From the IMG/VR virus record IMGVR_UViG_3300001102_000006: a stretch of DNA of 64,000 bases. One strand, written 5' to 3'. The position numbers were made by a program, and so were the translations under genes. Numbering within the stretch: the first letter of the stretch is position 1; every line of letters starts with the position of its first letter. Below the pieces are notes generated by a model that was not told the origin of the DNA, did not search any database, and was given only the letters and a program-made list of their open reading frames with translations. Origin of the DNA: a virus. Below, in pieces: positions 30,296 through 42,268 of the stretch.

Positions 30296-32636
30296 ATGCG
30301 TGGTCTTCCTTTTCTGACCACGATTCTACACCACCCGGAATGATCTTGTCAATACGACTGTGCGGATAAAACACACCGGCAATCTTTGCACCATACTGAC
30401 CCGCGTTTTTCAGAAAGCCTTGTGCCGCTTCACGATGAACGTGCTCGACTGACATCATCCAGTCGTCTCCGAAAAAACGATCCTCAGATTCAATCTTTCG
30501 GTAAAGCTGCGTGCCATCGTCCAATATGACAACGAAACACTGCTTGCGGTAGTTTATTGTGCGCGGCTCGCGTGGCTTTGAAAAGTCCCACACTTTCTCC
30601 GCTTCCATCGGGCACCAGAACCAATGAAGGCGCGCTTGCCAGCGTTGAAAAAATCCTTCGGGCTTCTTCATTCTGATAGCTCCAATCCGTAGTCTTGCAA
30701 AACATCAAGAATTGCATCAAGCAATTTGACTTCTGCGTCTCCCATAGCTTCATCGTAAGCTTCCATGGGAGAACCACCCCGGTCAGCCGGTGAAAAGTCA
30801 GCCCACTTCACAATCTCTTTGTCGTATTCCTGAATTGCCTCACGGCAACGCTTTTGAATATCCCAGCGAACTTTGTGGCGCATGACAGGCGTTGCTTGTA
30901 GTCGAGAAACCAGCTTGGCGAATTCTTCTTCGACGCGAATTTTCGCGTATTCCAAACTGTTTTCACTTACATGCACCATCGACCCGTCCGAAGAAGTCCA
31001 TGGGAGCGTACAATCGTAGCTGTCGTATTCTTTCCACGACTTCCATTCAATGCGAATTACGCCAAACGGTGTTGTCGTTTCAACGTGATCGTAATAGGAA
31101 TGTACGCCGTCTCCTTCGCGATGATCAGACCATTTCATGGCGCATATTCCGATACTTTGCAATTTCAAGGGCTTGCTGATACCGCTCCCTTTCATGGGGT
31201 CCGGCGTAGAAACTGGGGCGAGAGAAGGGATGGAACAAAATTACTCCGCCCCATCCATGCAGACATTGTGGTGCCGCGCCACGCCCTCTGAAAATGACCA
31301 TCAGGTCGTCATAATAAAGAACCGGTGGGCGGCGCGTTGCTATTTTGGTGGGATGCTTTTCACGCATCCGTTCCATGTCTGCAAAGGCCGCTCGATCATT
31401 TTCACAGATGACCATGACATTGATGCCACGGTCAAGATATGCTTGTATTTCAGGCTCCATCATCAGGTCGGTCCTCCGGAGGTGGCGCGTTGCCATAATG
31501 TTCATACCGATAGGTTTCCCCATCAGCATCTTTGAAAGTCAGATCGTCCAGAGGGCTTGGAGGCATGGTCCATGTCTTACCCACAAGGGCCGCGTGAGCG
31601 GCAACGTAGTGCTCCATCAAAATGTAGGGCTGCGACACCATGTTCGCTGTCTTCCACTGTGGACCAATGTCAAATCCAAATGCTTCGCACGTCGCGCTGT
31701 AAGCGTGTACGAACGGGTCGAGCGCCGCGCGAAGTTTGTCAATCTCATTGGCAGCGTCTTCCAGCAGTTGTGGCGCTGTTTTCGATTGGCAGGTGCGGGC
31801 GACCATGCGCATGTCGTCGGTATCCACCGGGGTAAATGCATCAATGTCTTCTTGGGTAATCATTTCATTCCTCCTTCTCAATCTTTTGATATTGTCGAGT
31901 GCATTTCATGGTGGATTTGTTGTCTTCCAAAGCAACAGCAAATTCCACAGGCCACAACCGTACAAAAGGAACACCATCCAATGCAATTTCTTCAACACCA
32001 TCCGGATATACCGACGAGGAAAAGCGGTGAATGTTGGTGACAATTTCTCGCCGGTTCAGCCCGCAGGTCTCAATGATAATGTTGTCATAGTCGGCGGCGA
32101 GCGCTTTACTTATGTCGTCGGCAGCGACTTCTTTCGGATCAGAGAAAGCATCGATATCATCGGCAGTAATCATGATCGAACTTCCTCATAACAAAAGACC
32201 AGCGCATACAATACACGGTCGGCTTCGGGTTCTGTCAAACACGTAGCGAGAAGATTGTCGTGGACAATACCATCAGACACTTCTCCATCAACCTCGTAGA
32301 TATTCCATTCTTCGCCCACAGCGTCATATTCTTTGTAGAACATCGTACTGGTATTCATGGCGTGCTCGGGATCGTACATTAGCGTCCTCCTAAAAAGGAA
32401 ACGACACCGGTCAGGGTTTCGCTGATCGGCTTATTTATTGGATAGGTTCCCACTGGGGAAAACCCATGAACTTGCAACATGCAATCCTTTGGACCCATGC
32501 CCTCAACAGCAAGACCTTTTTCAACAAGAGCACGTAAGGGACGGTTGCGTTGTCCACGCGCCCATCCACCAGCTTCTACAAACCCGTGGGTCCGCAGTTT
32601 ATAAAGCCACTTTCTTTGCGCGCGCGTAAGTTTCAT
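30282..32636 (-). CDS. Run of small hypothetical ORFs (30282-30671, 30668-31195, 31125-31529, 31450-31863, 31865-32173, 32170-32379, 32379-32636)
   Basis: Coupled ORFs; no recognisable motifs; some starts uncertain. Confidence 0.5.
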
Positions 32637-32680
32637 ACGTTCCCTTTGAAGTGAGGGCCGCGTTAGCAGCCCTCTGTTCT

Positions 32681-33769
32681 TTACATCCAGAAGTCGGCGG
32701 CGTCTTCCAGAACAACGGTCGTGGTGCCATTGAGGCTGGTGTCGGTGATGTAGAGGTCATCGCCCTGCACCGATGCCGACAGGCTCGACGTGCCATTGAT
32801 CAGCGCATCCAACTGGTTTTCGTTGTTGACGGACGTGCCTTGGAGGACCAAGAAGTCGTAGCCCGTGTCAACGACATTGTTGCCTTGCATCTCGGTCCAG
32901 TCGAAGTCGGTAATCACCAGAGTGCCGTCATCATTGGAACCATAGACGTTGTAGGTGTTGCCGCCGTTGGCCAGAGAACCGTTCCCAGTCACAGTGACCG
33001 TGGAATCATTCTGTGCAGAGAAGTGAAATTCGTCCTGACCAATGCCCAGATCAACCAGCTTGTCGCCGTTGCTTGTGGCAAAGACTTCATCGTCGCCCGC
33101 GCCTGTGCTGATCACATCGTCACCCGCGTAGGTGTTCACAACGTCATCGCCCGCGCCCGTGGTCACGTTCTCGACTTCGTTGATGTCATCCGCGCCCCAA
33201 ATGAATGCGGATTCGAACTCACCCAGCGCCGACACGTCGATGGTATCAGAGCCGCCGCTGTTGGAGATGGAGACCCAGCCCTGCGCGTCAGTCGCCGCCA
33301 CAGTCACAACGTCATCACCAAATCCGGTATCGAACACAGCACCTTCCCAAGCACTGTCACGGTCGATTTCGATGGTGTCCTGACGCGCCGTGCCTTCGTC
33401 GCCACTGGCCTCGTAGGTCACAAGGGACTCACCCAGATCGAGCGTCGGTGCCAGACCTTCAAGGCGGATTTCACCCTGACCGTCCCACGAAAACACAACA
33501 TCATTGCCGTCGATGGTGTAGGATGTGCCGATTGCCGACCAGCCCAGATCGCCTGTGGCCTCGATGTCGAGCATCGCTTGCTGGAAGTCCGCGACCGAGG
33601 ACAGGGCTGCAAAGCCGCCGTCAAACGGGATATAGAGCGTGTCCGCGCCCAGTTCAAAGTTCACGATGTCATAGTCTTGGTAGCTGGTGACCGTGTTGCC
33701 CGTCCACGTCTGCGGATAGATGTAGAAATCTTCGGCGGTGCCATTGGTTCCGGTAACAGTGTTCGTCAT
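32681..33769 (-). CDS. Acidic RTX/hemolysin-type Ca-binding repeat protein
   Basis: TGFGDDVV, GGSDTI, TGAGDDVV, AGDDVI, TGAGDDEV, LGIGQDEF repeats; very acidic; own promoter and terminator. Confidence 0.8.
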   Translation of the reverse strand: MTNTVTGTNGTAEDFYIYPQTWTGNTVTSYQDYDIVNFELGADTLYIPFDGGFAALSSVADFQQAMLDIEATGDLGWSAIGTSYTIDGNDVVFSWDGQGEIRLEGLAPTLDLGESLVTYEASGDEGTARQDTIEIDRDSAWEGAVFDTGFGDDVVTVAATDAQGWVSISNSGGSDTIDVSALGEFESAFIWGADDINEVENVTTGAGDDVVNTYAGDDVISTGAGDDEVFATSNGDKLVDLGIGQDEFHFSAQNDSTVTVTGNGSLANGGNTYNVYGSNDDGTLVITDFDWTEMQGNNVVDTGYDFLVLQGTSVNNENQLDALINGTSSLSASVQGDDLYITDTSLNGTTTVVLEDAADFWM

Positions 33770-33832
33770 GTGTACGTCTCCTTTTGATTCGTCGTCACCT
33801 CTCTGTGATGACACACGCAGGTTTACAGGGTC

Positions 33833-34183
33833 TTACTCGATGCCGTCAAGAGGCAAAGATTCCCTATATTTCATGTACGAATTCATGTATCCGATGATGT
33901 TGTCCCGCCCCACCGGATTCTGTGAGTGGACGTAGTAATCGAACCCTTCCGGAAAGGTGTATTCCGTATGCATATCCAATTCGCACAGATACTTGGCGAC
34001 TATGTGACCGTTCCCGTTGGGGATCAAATCGCCCAAGTCATGATCAAAACTGACAAACACCGGCATGCCGTGTAGCTCGATCAGATCGATCACTTCTTGG
34101 TGCGTGCGTGCAATCTTCCACTCACGACCATCATCCGGCGGAAAACGTTCGTCATCCAGAAAAAGAGACCAGACTGCCATCAC
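33833..34183 (-). CDS. Cyclic-phosphate-processing receiver-like domain protein
   Basis: LFLDDERFPP, WKIART, VSFDHDLG, NG, YVHSQNPVG. Confidence 0.75.
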   Translation of the reverse strand: MMAVWSLFLDDERFPPDDGREWKIARTHQEVIDLIELHGMPVFVSFDHDLGDLIPNGNGHIVAKYLCELDMHTEYTFPEGFDYYVHSQNPVGRDNIIGYMNSYMKYRESLPLDGIE

Positions 34184-35888
34184 TCAGGCTGCGTGCAGAA
34201 GCACTCATACAGAATATGGATGGGCAGCGCATCAAATTCTTCGATCTTTGTGCGTCCGGAAACCACGTGCCCCGCCAAAGCCATGAATTCGTCTTTGGTC
34301 ATGTCGGGGTAGAATACCGTCATAAGCACACGGGCGAGGTCGAACGTTGGTGACTTCACCCCCGCAACGCGCATCAGGCAGATGTGAAAAAGACCGCCTT
34401 CTTCAAGGCGTGCAATCTCATATCGATAACAATCCCCCATATCCGAAGGATCACCTTCTTGTGCGATGTGGTTGTTTGCAGCCTCGACCGCTTGCTCCAC
34501 TCTGGCGCAGAACGTTTCGTAGTCTAGAACCATTTTAGGCATCAATATCTCCTAGCATTGTCCGCAGTATCCTTCGGGATGCCCGCATGTATCACATATT
34601 TTACGCCTTTTTGGGGCGGGCTTCTCGATTGGATCACCAAACAGCCAATAGGGTTTGCCACAGTCCACAATATCGCGTGCTTCTGATTCGGTCAAGCCCC
34701 GTTTTAAGGTCTCATAATCGGTGGGGCCGCAGCAATCATGGCGTCGAATTTGTAGCGCATAGTGCCCGTCTTTGTAGATGTCTGGGCGAAGTATCAGGTC
34801 TGCCATCAACCAATCCTCTTAGCTGTCAAACATCCGCGCATGAATTCTTGATCGCTTGCGCTGTCGCCCGCGTAGCGGGCAGAGATGACGCTATCCTTTG
34901 CCGCCTCGGCGTCACGTGCATGCACCGCACCAAAGTCTTCGGTCATGGGGTTTCCTTCCATGCCGGATGCGAGATAGTAAAGAGTGACGTGGTAGACAGA
35001 CATCAGCGAAGTTTCCATTGTTGTATTGCCGGGTTCTCACACATGGTGGGTTCTTCGTCCCGCTCCAAACGAATCTTTACGCCGCAGGTTTGGCACCGCC
35101 ACTTGGAAAATAGGTGGGACAGGGTTTTCTCCGCAACCCACGAACAATTCCAATCGCGGCTCATTCTTCCACGTATCCCGTGCCATTGCACCGCTCGCAG
35201 TCATCAGTTCCATTGTCCCAGTGTGGGTGCCATTGAATGTATCCGCGTCCACGACATGGTGCGCATTCAACCTTCCGCGTTGGGCGGTCGCCAGCCATAT
35301 AGGGGTAAGCGTCTGCATCAGCCTGCGTCAGCAGGTTAGCACCACAGTTTGGGCAAGGCTTGTCAACCATGTCCCATGTCAGTTCCGGATGCACTTCGAG
35401 ATGCATGCAGCCCTTGGCGTCACACTTGAGATAGTGGACCATCTTTCCACCGACCGGGAGCTTTGCAGCAAGGTCAGGGTATAGTCTTTCGACAGCCTTC
35501 ATGGCGAGCATACGCAGAGCGTCAGCAGGTACTTCGGGCGGACAAAACGCGATGGTTGCAAGGGTGGCAGAAGCCGCCGTTAGGCGGTCGTCTTCGGTCT
35601 TTGTCACGGCATGTCCTCCGTAATGATAAAGGGAATCGGCTTCCACGCCATGCCATCCACACGCTCAAACTTCTTCTGAAATTCATGTAATGCACGTGTG
35701 AAAATGATCACCGGGCCGTACAATGGCGCATATTGGACCTGCAAAGAAACATCGGATGCGCTCAGGCTGTGCGAACGAACCATGTATTGATCACCCGTTT
35801 TCAGGTTGCGTGCAATCACACCTTGCGGTACGTGTTCGGCAGCGAGACGCATGCGCGTCTGCAACTCTTTCTGTGTGGCGCGACTCAT
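34180..35888 (-). CDS. Small hypothetical ORFs (34180-34545, 34552-34809, 34806-35018, 35161-35607 with CxxCxGxG Zn finger, 35604-35888 DUF1653-like)
   Basis: CAPCRGRG...CERCNGTG; QVQYAPLYG..IFTR. Confidence 0.5.
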
Positions 35889-36042
35889 AGCAGGCCCATA
35901 TCAGTCAAGGCCGCAAAGCCAATTCCAATTCCCAGAAAAACGGGCAGCACCTTAAAGAAAAGCGCGGACATGATGTTGGGTGTTCCCATGATCACGCCAA
36001 TTGCAACGAGATAGGCGGCACCTGCGAGTGTGACATATTCCA

Positions 36043-36894
36043 TTATTCAAGTCCTCCCTTGTATGGTTGGATGATCGCCTGCACCAGCGGCATCTGTGCA
36101 ATGCGTTCGCGATTGATCGCATCGTAGTCATACTTCCCTTCCGGGAAATCTCGATCTTGCGGACACTCTGTTGAGCGGTCACCAGCAAGCCATTCCTTGC
36201 GCGCCGTTTGGTATGGTTCGTTGTATGTGTCATCGTGGTGCAGGAACCACAGAAACGGATTGGCGCGCCACTTGGGAAGAAACGTTCCGTTCTTGCGCAG
36301 CCGTTCCATGTTGAAAATCAAAGCTTCGCGGCAGTCATGGTCCCCGGTCCACGTTTTCACATCGTCTTCATCGAAATGAAATCCGCCAGAAGACGTGCAG
36401 GACCAGTAATTCAGATCGGCATTGGGGACCCAGTTGTAATAGACCTTGCCGCCATTGACGGAATATCCGTCTTCTTTTTTACCGCCGTGGGTGTCAAAAC
36501 AGAGAACAAGTCCATATCCCCGATGGACATAGACGAACATGATCTCATCGTAATCCCACATACGTGACTTGAAAGGAAATTCTCCCGCCAATTCAAACCC
36601 GTAACCCGTGATGATATCGACGTATCGATCCAGCTTATTGCTGAACGTGGTGTCGCCGCGCTCCGTCAGAACTGCGTCTTTGCGCGCGCCGTGCATCTGC
36701 ACAAAAGCCAATCCCGAACCAAGGGTTTCGGGACCCATGCTTTTTCCCGTAAAATCTTCTGCCGAAGCAAGTGGATCATGGCGCAGCAGCGCATCCACGC
36801 CTTCGTCGCTGACATCAATAGGTGGCGTTTTGAGGTCCGCGCCAACCATTCCAATGAGGGTGTTGAGCGGCAGTTTGTCGAGGGTATCGGACAT
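36043..36894 (-). CDS. Hypothetical protein
   Basis: 283-aa ORF with GGAGG RBS. Confidence 0.6.
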   Translation of the reverse strand: MSDTLDKLPLNTLIGMVGADLKTPPIDVSDEGVDALLRHDPLASAEDFTGKSMGPETLGSGLAFVQMHGARKDAVLTERGDTTFSNKLDRYVDIITGYGFELAGEFPFKSRMWDYDEIMFVYVHRGYGLVLCFDTHGGKKEDGYSVNGGKVYYNWVPNADLNYWSCTSSGGFHFDEDDVKTWTGDHDCREALIFNMERLRKNGTFLPKWRANPFLWFLHHDDTYNEPYQTARKEWLAGDRSTECPQDRDFPEGKYDYDAINRERIAQMPLVQAIIQPYKGGLE

Positions 36895-37169
36895 GCGGGC
36901 CTCCTATGCGAGAATGATCAAAAGAAAGACGACGATGACAACGAGTTCCCATGGGAAATCATTTGGGGGTGGGGCGTATGACATAGCATCCTCCTGATAT
37001 TCAATCTGTTTCTGTTGATAGCCGTACTCACCATACGACTGTATTTCTTCATCTGACATCCCCGCAGACAGGATCAACCGGTCTCCAATCTTGGAGAATA
37101 TCGGCCCCACCACAGCACGTGGAGGTGGGGCGCGAAAGTCAACGGTTCCGTCCGTGTGGACGTAGAAGA

Positions 37170-37586
37170 TCATTCCACCGCGCGACCTGCTTCAAGCACG
37201 GGCACACCGGCTTCGGTCGGGATATAGATGATCTGTCCAGCGTTGCCGGATTCTTCCAACATGCGGATATAGAGGTAGCGCAAATACGCCTCGGGACCGC
37301 CCAAACCTTCTGCCAATTCTTCGTTGGCGCGGGCCGCAAATTCAGCGCGCGTCAGTTCGGCTTGGCCTTCGAGTGCAGCAGCATCAGCGCGTGCCTGTGC
37401 TTCCTCAACGCGAACTTGCCGCGAGAATTCAGCTTCGGCAAGGACAGCGCGACCACTTTGCTCTGCGCCCCAGACCTGTACGTGCTTCCATGCGTAGTAA
37501 ACGCCACCGACGCCTGCGACTGCGATGCCGAGGGCGACAGTAATGCCCAGAATAAATGCAGGGGTTTCCCACCAATCGTTTCTCAT
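37170..37586 (-). CDS. Membrane-anchored SPFH-like (membrane protease subunit-like) protein
   Basis: N-terminal TM, then EAYLRYLYIRMLEE...IIYIPTEAGVPVLEAGR. Confidence 0.6.
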   Translation of the reverse strand: MRNDWWETPAFILGITVALGIAVAGVGGVYYAWKHVQVWGAEQSGRAVLAEAEFSRQVRVEEAQARADAAALEGQAELTRAEFAARANEELAEGLGGPEAYLRYLYIRMLEESGNAGQIIYIPTEAGVPVLEAGRAVE

Positions 37587-37618
37587 GTGTTTCTCCTTTT
37601 ACGAGGCGTTTTTGCCTA

Positions 37619-39388
37619 CTATCCAGTTGTGTTGACGACGATCAGGCGTGCATGCGTTTGCAGCACATCAGCGATTGTCGGGTGATATTTTTGAGCGAGC
37701 GCCGCGAATTGTGACGCCTCAAACCCTGTGAGTTCGACCAGTTCAAAGCTGTCATACCAGCAATCAATACTCGCCAAGCGTAGGCCAACGCCGCCGGTTT
37801 CGTACCCGAATTGGAATTCGTTGATATAGTCATCCTCGAATTCGTAGTCCTTTCCAAGAACCGGATCAGGCAAAGAGATTTGAACGCCGCCGCTCAATAC
37901 CAATACGCGGTGTGATTCATTCACCTCGCGCTCATATGGTTCTCCCGTCATCTCATTGTAACGGGTGACTTTGCGCGGCGTCTTGGCGTACACAAACGGC
38001 ACGCCATACATCACGGTTGCAGAAGGATCGACGCCCATCAGCTTGCCATCGCAGCGATAAGCATGTGTCCGCCACCCATCAGGATGAAAATCAAAAATCC
38101 CCATCCAATAAGATTCCAAAAGTCTCCCATACAGCCTCCTACAGCAGTGCTTCCGCGTCTGCCTTATTCGTGTGAACGGACAGCACAGTCTTTGTGACCT
38201 TGCCCATGAAATGGACGATCTCGACTAGTGCCCATCCGCGTTTGTGCTTCTCGACCCTCCGCTGACCTTTCGGTAGCGGATGGGTGCGAGGGCGAACCAT
38301 TTGTACCGGTGACACCGGCTGGACCATGTTCGGGTTCATCAGAACCAGAGAACGAAGCCGTGGATCACGCCGACAGGCGGGACGAACGTGCCGATGATGC
38401 CCAGCGTGATCTGTCCGCCAGTCGCACCGAGGTCCGATGCAAGGGTCTGAACGATCCAGATGACGTGCGTCAGCCATGCGCCGAGGACAGCGAAGAAGAA
38501 TGCGATAACAGCCAGAAAGCCGCCAAGGCCGAGTTTTTCCGAAAGTGACATGTAAGAACCTCCTAATGATTCGTTGTTGATGAGACCTATGTATCAGGTC
38601 AAGAAGTTGCGCGCAACCTATAATCTGTATGTTTGTCGCATGAAGGGCATATCGTCCTCACTTTTGACGTTGACCAGACAGGCATTGACCCACGTCTTAT
38701 CACCGGACGGCAACGTTCTCATGTGTCCCCGGCGATAGTGCGGGCGCGGTGATTTACCGTCACCGGTATCGCGGCTGTCGCCGCGTTGATAGGATCGAAG
38801 GGCTGTGAAATAGTTGTTGTCGGGCTTATGATATCCGGCACGATACACGCGCTTGCCTTTTGCTTTGGGAGGCGTTGTTTGCCATCCCACGCCTTTTGTA
38901 TTCAGCACAGAGACGAGATTGTAAATCACCGACCGCATCGAAACGGTTTCGTCTTCGGATGATTGCCGAATTGGCTCCATATCTTTGTCAGAGAATACGG
39001 TAATGCCTATAATCAGAAAGCCTTCACGTTCATGCGTGAAAGAAATAGCGCATACTTCTCCAATCTCATGGGTATAGAAAACCAACACGCTATAGCGGTG
39101 CAAATTCTCTTTCGATTGAAAAGTGACCAGCCACGGTTCTTGGAAAGGCAGAGACGCAATTCCTTCTTGGAACAATTCCATTCCCAAATAGGCTGTGTCA
39201 ATAAAACTCTGGGGGTCCTGTTTTCCCAAATCAAATACACGGCCCGTTAGGGCCGATTCAATTAGCAATTCATTTGTGCCAATGAATAGATCATTCGGCA
39301 GCATGAATTCCAATTCTTTCAATGCCCCGAATAGAGGCTTAGGCTGCGCCAATTGCGACAGGAATACTTTTTGATTTGCAATGAACAT
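37619..39388 (-). CDS. Hypothetical ORFs (37619-38119, 38339-38551 membrane, 38618-39388 with PRPHYRRGH motif)
   Basis: ORFs with RBS. Confidence 0.55.
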
Positions 39389-40683
39389 CAGACAATCCTC
39401 ATAGCCTTTGCAAGCGGGCTTTCTTCTACTTCGAATTCATATAGGGGTATGCCTCTATCCCAACCCGTGAATTCGGCATTGTGGAAAGTGTTGAGGGGTA
39501 GAAAGCCATTATCGCCCGCGTAGCGGGACTTGGGATCACGTCCCGCGATGTAATCAATTGCCCGTGGCAATGCCCACGTTCCGCGTGCATTCCGTCCTTT
39601 TACAGTGAGAGCACGTGCCAACGTGTCCGTCACATTCATGTCGATCCATTTGATCCCAGTGACATCCAGTCGCCCAATCGGATTATACTGCCCGTCAAAC
39701 CTTACTGGTCCGCGCTGTTTTTCATCTGACAGAAAGAAAGACGGCGGCAAGAGGTCAGACACTTCTGCCCATACCGGTTCAATGTCGAGTTGATCTTGTA
39801 TCTCATAGATAAAGGCGGGCATGCGTCCGACCCACACGAAAGCGTGGATGAAAGGGTCTTTGTCCAAAGCAACCCAAATGGTTTCGTTCTCTAACCCGTC
39901 TTCGGCGCAACCTTTACACGGCATTGACGTACGCAGAGAATTGTGGTTTATCACTTGCTGCGTGCCACACGTCAGACATTCATATGTGTTTTCGACCACG
40001 TGCCGAAAGCCGCGTTCCCGTCCTTGCATCGCTTTGACAGTTTTGCGCGGGCGACACGTTTGGCACAGTGTCTGTCCAACTCTTTTATCCAGCCGCTCCC
40101 GAATGTATTGTGGACGCATCCAAACATCGTGACCGTTTTCACAAACCAAATGCATCTCATCTTTTTGTGAGACCCACGCCGAGTCATGTGCGATATAGCA
40201 GCCCACAACATTTGGATGCAGAAGTTTCTGTGCTTCAAGCTGCGCCGCCAAGTTCTCACGTGAAGCAAGCCGCCGCGTCTCAATTACCATCTCATCGACA
40301 TCAAGTCCGGCGAGCATTCGCATCTGACGATACAATGCATTATACCAACGCTGTGTCTCGTAAGCGATTGCACTTAATGACGGCACGTGTTTATATAGGT
40401 AACTATCCGTCACATCCCGTGCCAGCGCATCCCCCATCTCCGTGAACACAGCAACAATCACATCGGTTTGCACTTTATGCCGCGCGCTACGCGCGTGTCT
40501 ATAGAGTGTCTTGCCGGTGCGTTGCCAGTTCTCCAACACGTCATCTGGCATATCTTGACCTGTGTGAGGCACACCGACCTCGACACATATCTGCGCACCG
40601 CTGCGCATTGGGTGGTTAGAAGCAAAGTCGGTACAGGCAAGCTTAGCAACACCTATGGCGAATCGTTGTACGGCGTATGTCAT
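39388..40683 (-). CDS. Zn-ribbon-containing hypothetical protein
   Basis: CENGH, CQTC, CLTCG, CKGC; preceded by a CtrA box. Confidence 0.6.
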   Translation of the reverse strand: MTYAVQRFAIGVAKLACTDFASNHPMRSGAQICVEVGVPHTGQDMPDDVLENWQRTGKTLYRHARSARHKVQTDVIVAVFTEMGDALARDVTDSYLYKHVPSLSAIAYETQRWYNALYRQMRMLAGLDVDEMVIETRRLASRENLAAQLEAQKLLHPNVVGCYIAHDSAWVSQKDEMHLVCENGHDVWMRPQYIRERLDKRVGQTLCQTCRPRKTVKAMQGRERGFRHVVENTYECLTCGTQQVINHNSLRTSMPCKGCAEDGLENETIWVALDKDPFIHAFVWVGRMPAFIYEIQDQLDIEPVWAEVSDLLPPSFFLSDEKQRGPVRFDGQYNPIGRLDVTGIKWIDMNVTDTLARALTVKGRNARGTWALPRAIDYIAGRDPKSRYAGDNGFLPLNTFHNAEFTGWDRGIPLYEFEVEESPLAKAMRIV

Positions 40684-40707
40684 GGGGCATCCTTACATGC
40701 AGGTCGG

Positions 40708-40722
40708 TTAAGACTAAGTTAA
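40708..40722. promoter_or_regulatory. CtrA box TTAA-N7-TTAA
   Basis: TTAA GACTAAG TTAA, 25 bp upstream of the 40683 start. Confidence 0.55.
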
Positions 40723-41188
40723 GCCAGAGACCATTATTTCTGTTGATAGATTTTGAACAAGCGGCGGCTCAGGCGGACACTCTAAACAAAATAGGGTCCA
40801 ACCCGGTGATCTTGGGCAATGCAGTATGTTATATTTACGAAAGTAACGCCTCACCCGGTGATCTGATATGCGCACCGCAGGCTCTCTTTATTACCAATTC
40901 ATTTATTTTTATTATGACTCTCTCTGAAAGAATCTAGGTTTCTTACTTAAATATAACAATTCTATTTGTACAAGTCTACCGGGTAACGGGTTACTTTGGT
41001 GAAAATAACTGCTCGGATTTGAGGCACTTACCGGTCGCATAAATACGACAGTATTTCGGTTGACATGCGCAAAGGACCTGTGGTAGTGGTGCGTGGTCAC
41101 GTGACGAATCGTGAGGAACAATGGATGGCTGCGTTTCCTTACACCCGCGTCAGCGGGTGATGCAGTCTTCTGTGGATATGGAGATAGA

Positions 41189-42268
41189 ATGACTGATCAG
41201 TCTATGGATGAGCGCGTTAGCGCTCTCGAAGAAAAACTTGATGAACAGAACAAGGTTCTGCTCGCAACAGCGATGATGGTGCTGGGTGCAATCGACAACG
41301 CAAAAGAACAGGCAGAGAAGGATGACCGGTCTTTCGAAGAAGTTGGGAAGATTCTTGAGAACCATAAAGATTCGATTGAAGCTCTCGCAAAGATGAGCAC
41401 GCTTCGTCAAGAAGGCACCGACAATCGTCTTCAAGAATTGACTGATGCTCTGACCGGTATTGAAGAACAGATCGATTTCTTGTGCATGTCTCTCGATGAG
41501 ACTGATGATGTTGCTGAAAGCAACGTCGATGAAACGGCGGACGCAATCGAAACCCTGCGTGCCAATGTCAATCTGATGGCGAACGGCCTCGCTGCTTACA
41601 TCAAACATCACACGGACTTGCATGAATCAATGGCAGGTGTGATTGGTGATATGGGTGAAGCTGTCGATCAACTGTCCACAGATTTTTACGACCCCGAAGA
41701 TGTTGACGATGGTTCCGGTGCCCTCGCTGCCGATGATGACGGTGTTGTTTTCGTGTCCGGTGCCGCAGACTTTGACGGCCTGATGGATGATCTGCCCGTG
41801 GAAGAACCTGATGCGACGATCATGCGTCTAAGTCCTTCGGAGTTCGATGAAGAATTCGATGCAGACAGCGTTCCGCCCGAAGCAATCGAAACGATGCTCG
41901 AAATTCAGGCCGATGCTGTTGGTGTCATGTCGTTGGAATTCGACGGTGACTTGGAAGATCGCGAAGAAGCGCTGCTTTCAATCTACCAGATGCTGGATGA
42001 AGCTGCGCAGGGCGGAGGCTACGATGAAGTTCTCATTGAAGACTTCCGCACGCTGATCACAAAAGGCGGAATGGAATTCCTGACCCAAGCAACGCACATG
42101 GCACCTCCGGGTTTCATTTCTTCGTCGCTGGGCATGATGGCGGAAGCCGAGATTGATGACGATGAGCCGGGTGTCTATCTCGTTGCACTCAGTGACACGC
42201 GGGATTTGATTGAAGTCTGCGCTGCACTCTATCTGATCAACTGCGCGAAGAACAACATCCAGCCGTAA
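41189..42268 (+). CDS. Highly acidic coiled-coil hypothetical protein
   Basis: GGAG RBS before MTDQ; D/E-rich heptads; own terminator. Confidence 0.7.
   Translation: MTDQSMDERVSALEEKLDEQNKVLLATAMMVLGAIDNAKEQAEKDDRSFEEVGKILENHKDSIEALAKMSTLRQEGTDNRLQELTDALTGIEEQIDFLCMSLDETDDVAESNVDETADAIETLRANVNLMANGLAAYIKHHTDLHESMAGVIGDMGEAVDQLSTDFYDPEDVDDGSGALAADDDGVVFVSGAADFDGLMDDLPVEEPDATIMRLSPSEFDEEFDADSVPPEAIETMLEIQADAVGVMSLEFDGDLEDREEALLSIYQMLDEAAQGGGYDEVLIEDFRTLITKGGMEFLTQATHMAPPGFISSSLGMMAEAEIDDDEPGVYLVALSDTRDLIEVCAALYLINCAKNNIQP

Noticed and set aside
31450-32173. Adjacent ORFs sharing the N-terminus MIT(Q/A)(E/D)DIDAF
   Set aside because: A short shared leader, probably a module-shuffling remnant; no further similarity.
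32-40722. Many long plus-strand ORFs in the track (e.g. 5161-6051, 8251-8991, 32651-33787)
   Set aside because: Antisense shadows of well-supported minus-strand genes; no RBS or motifs.
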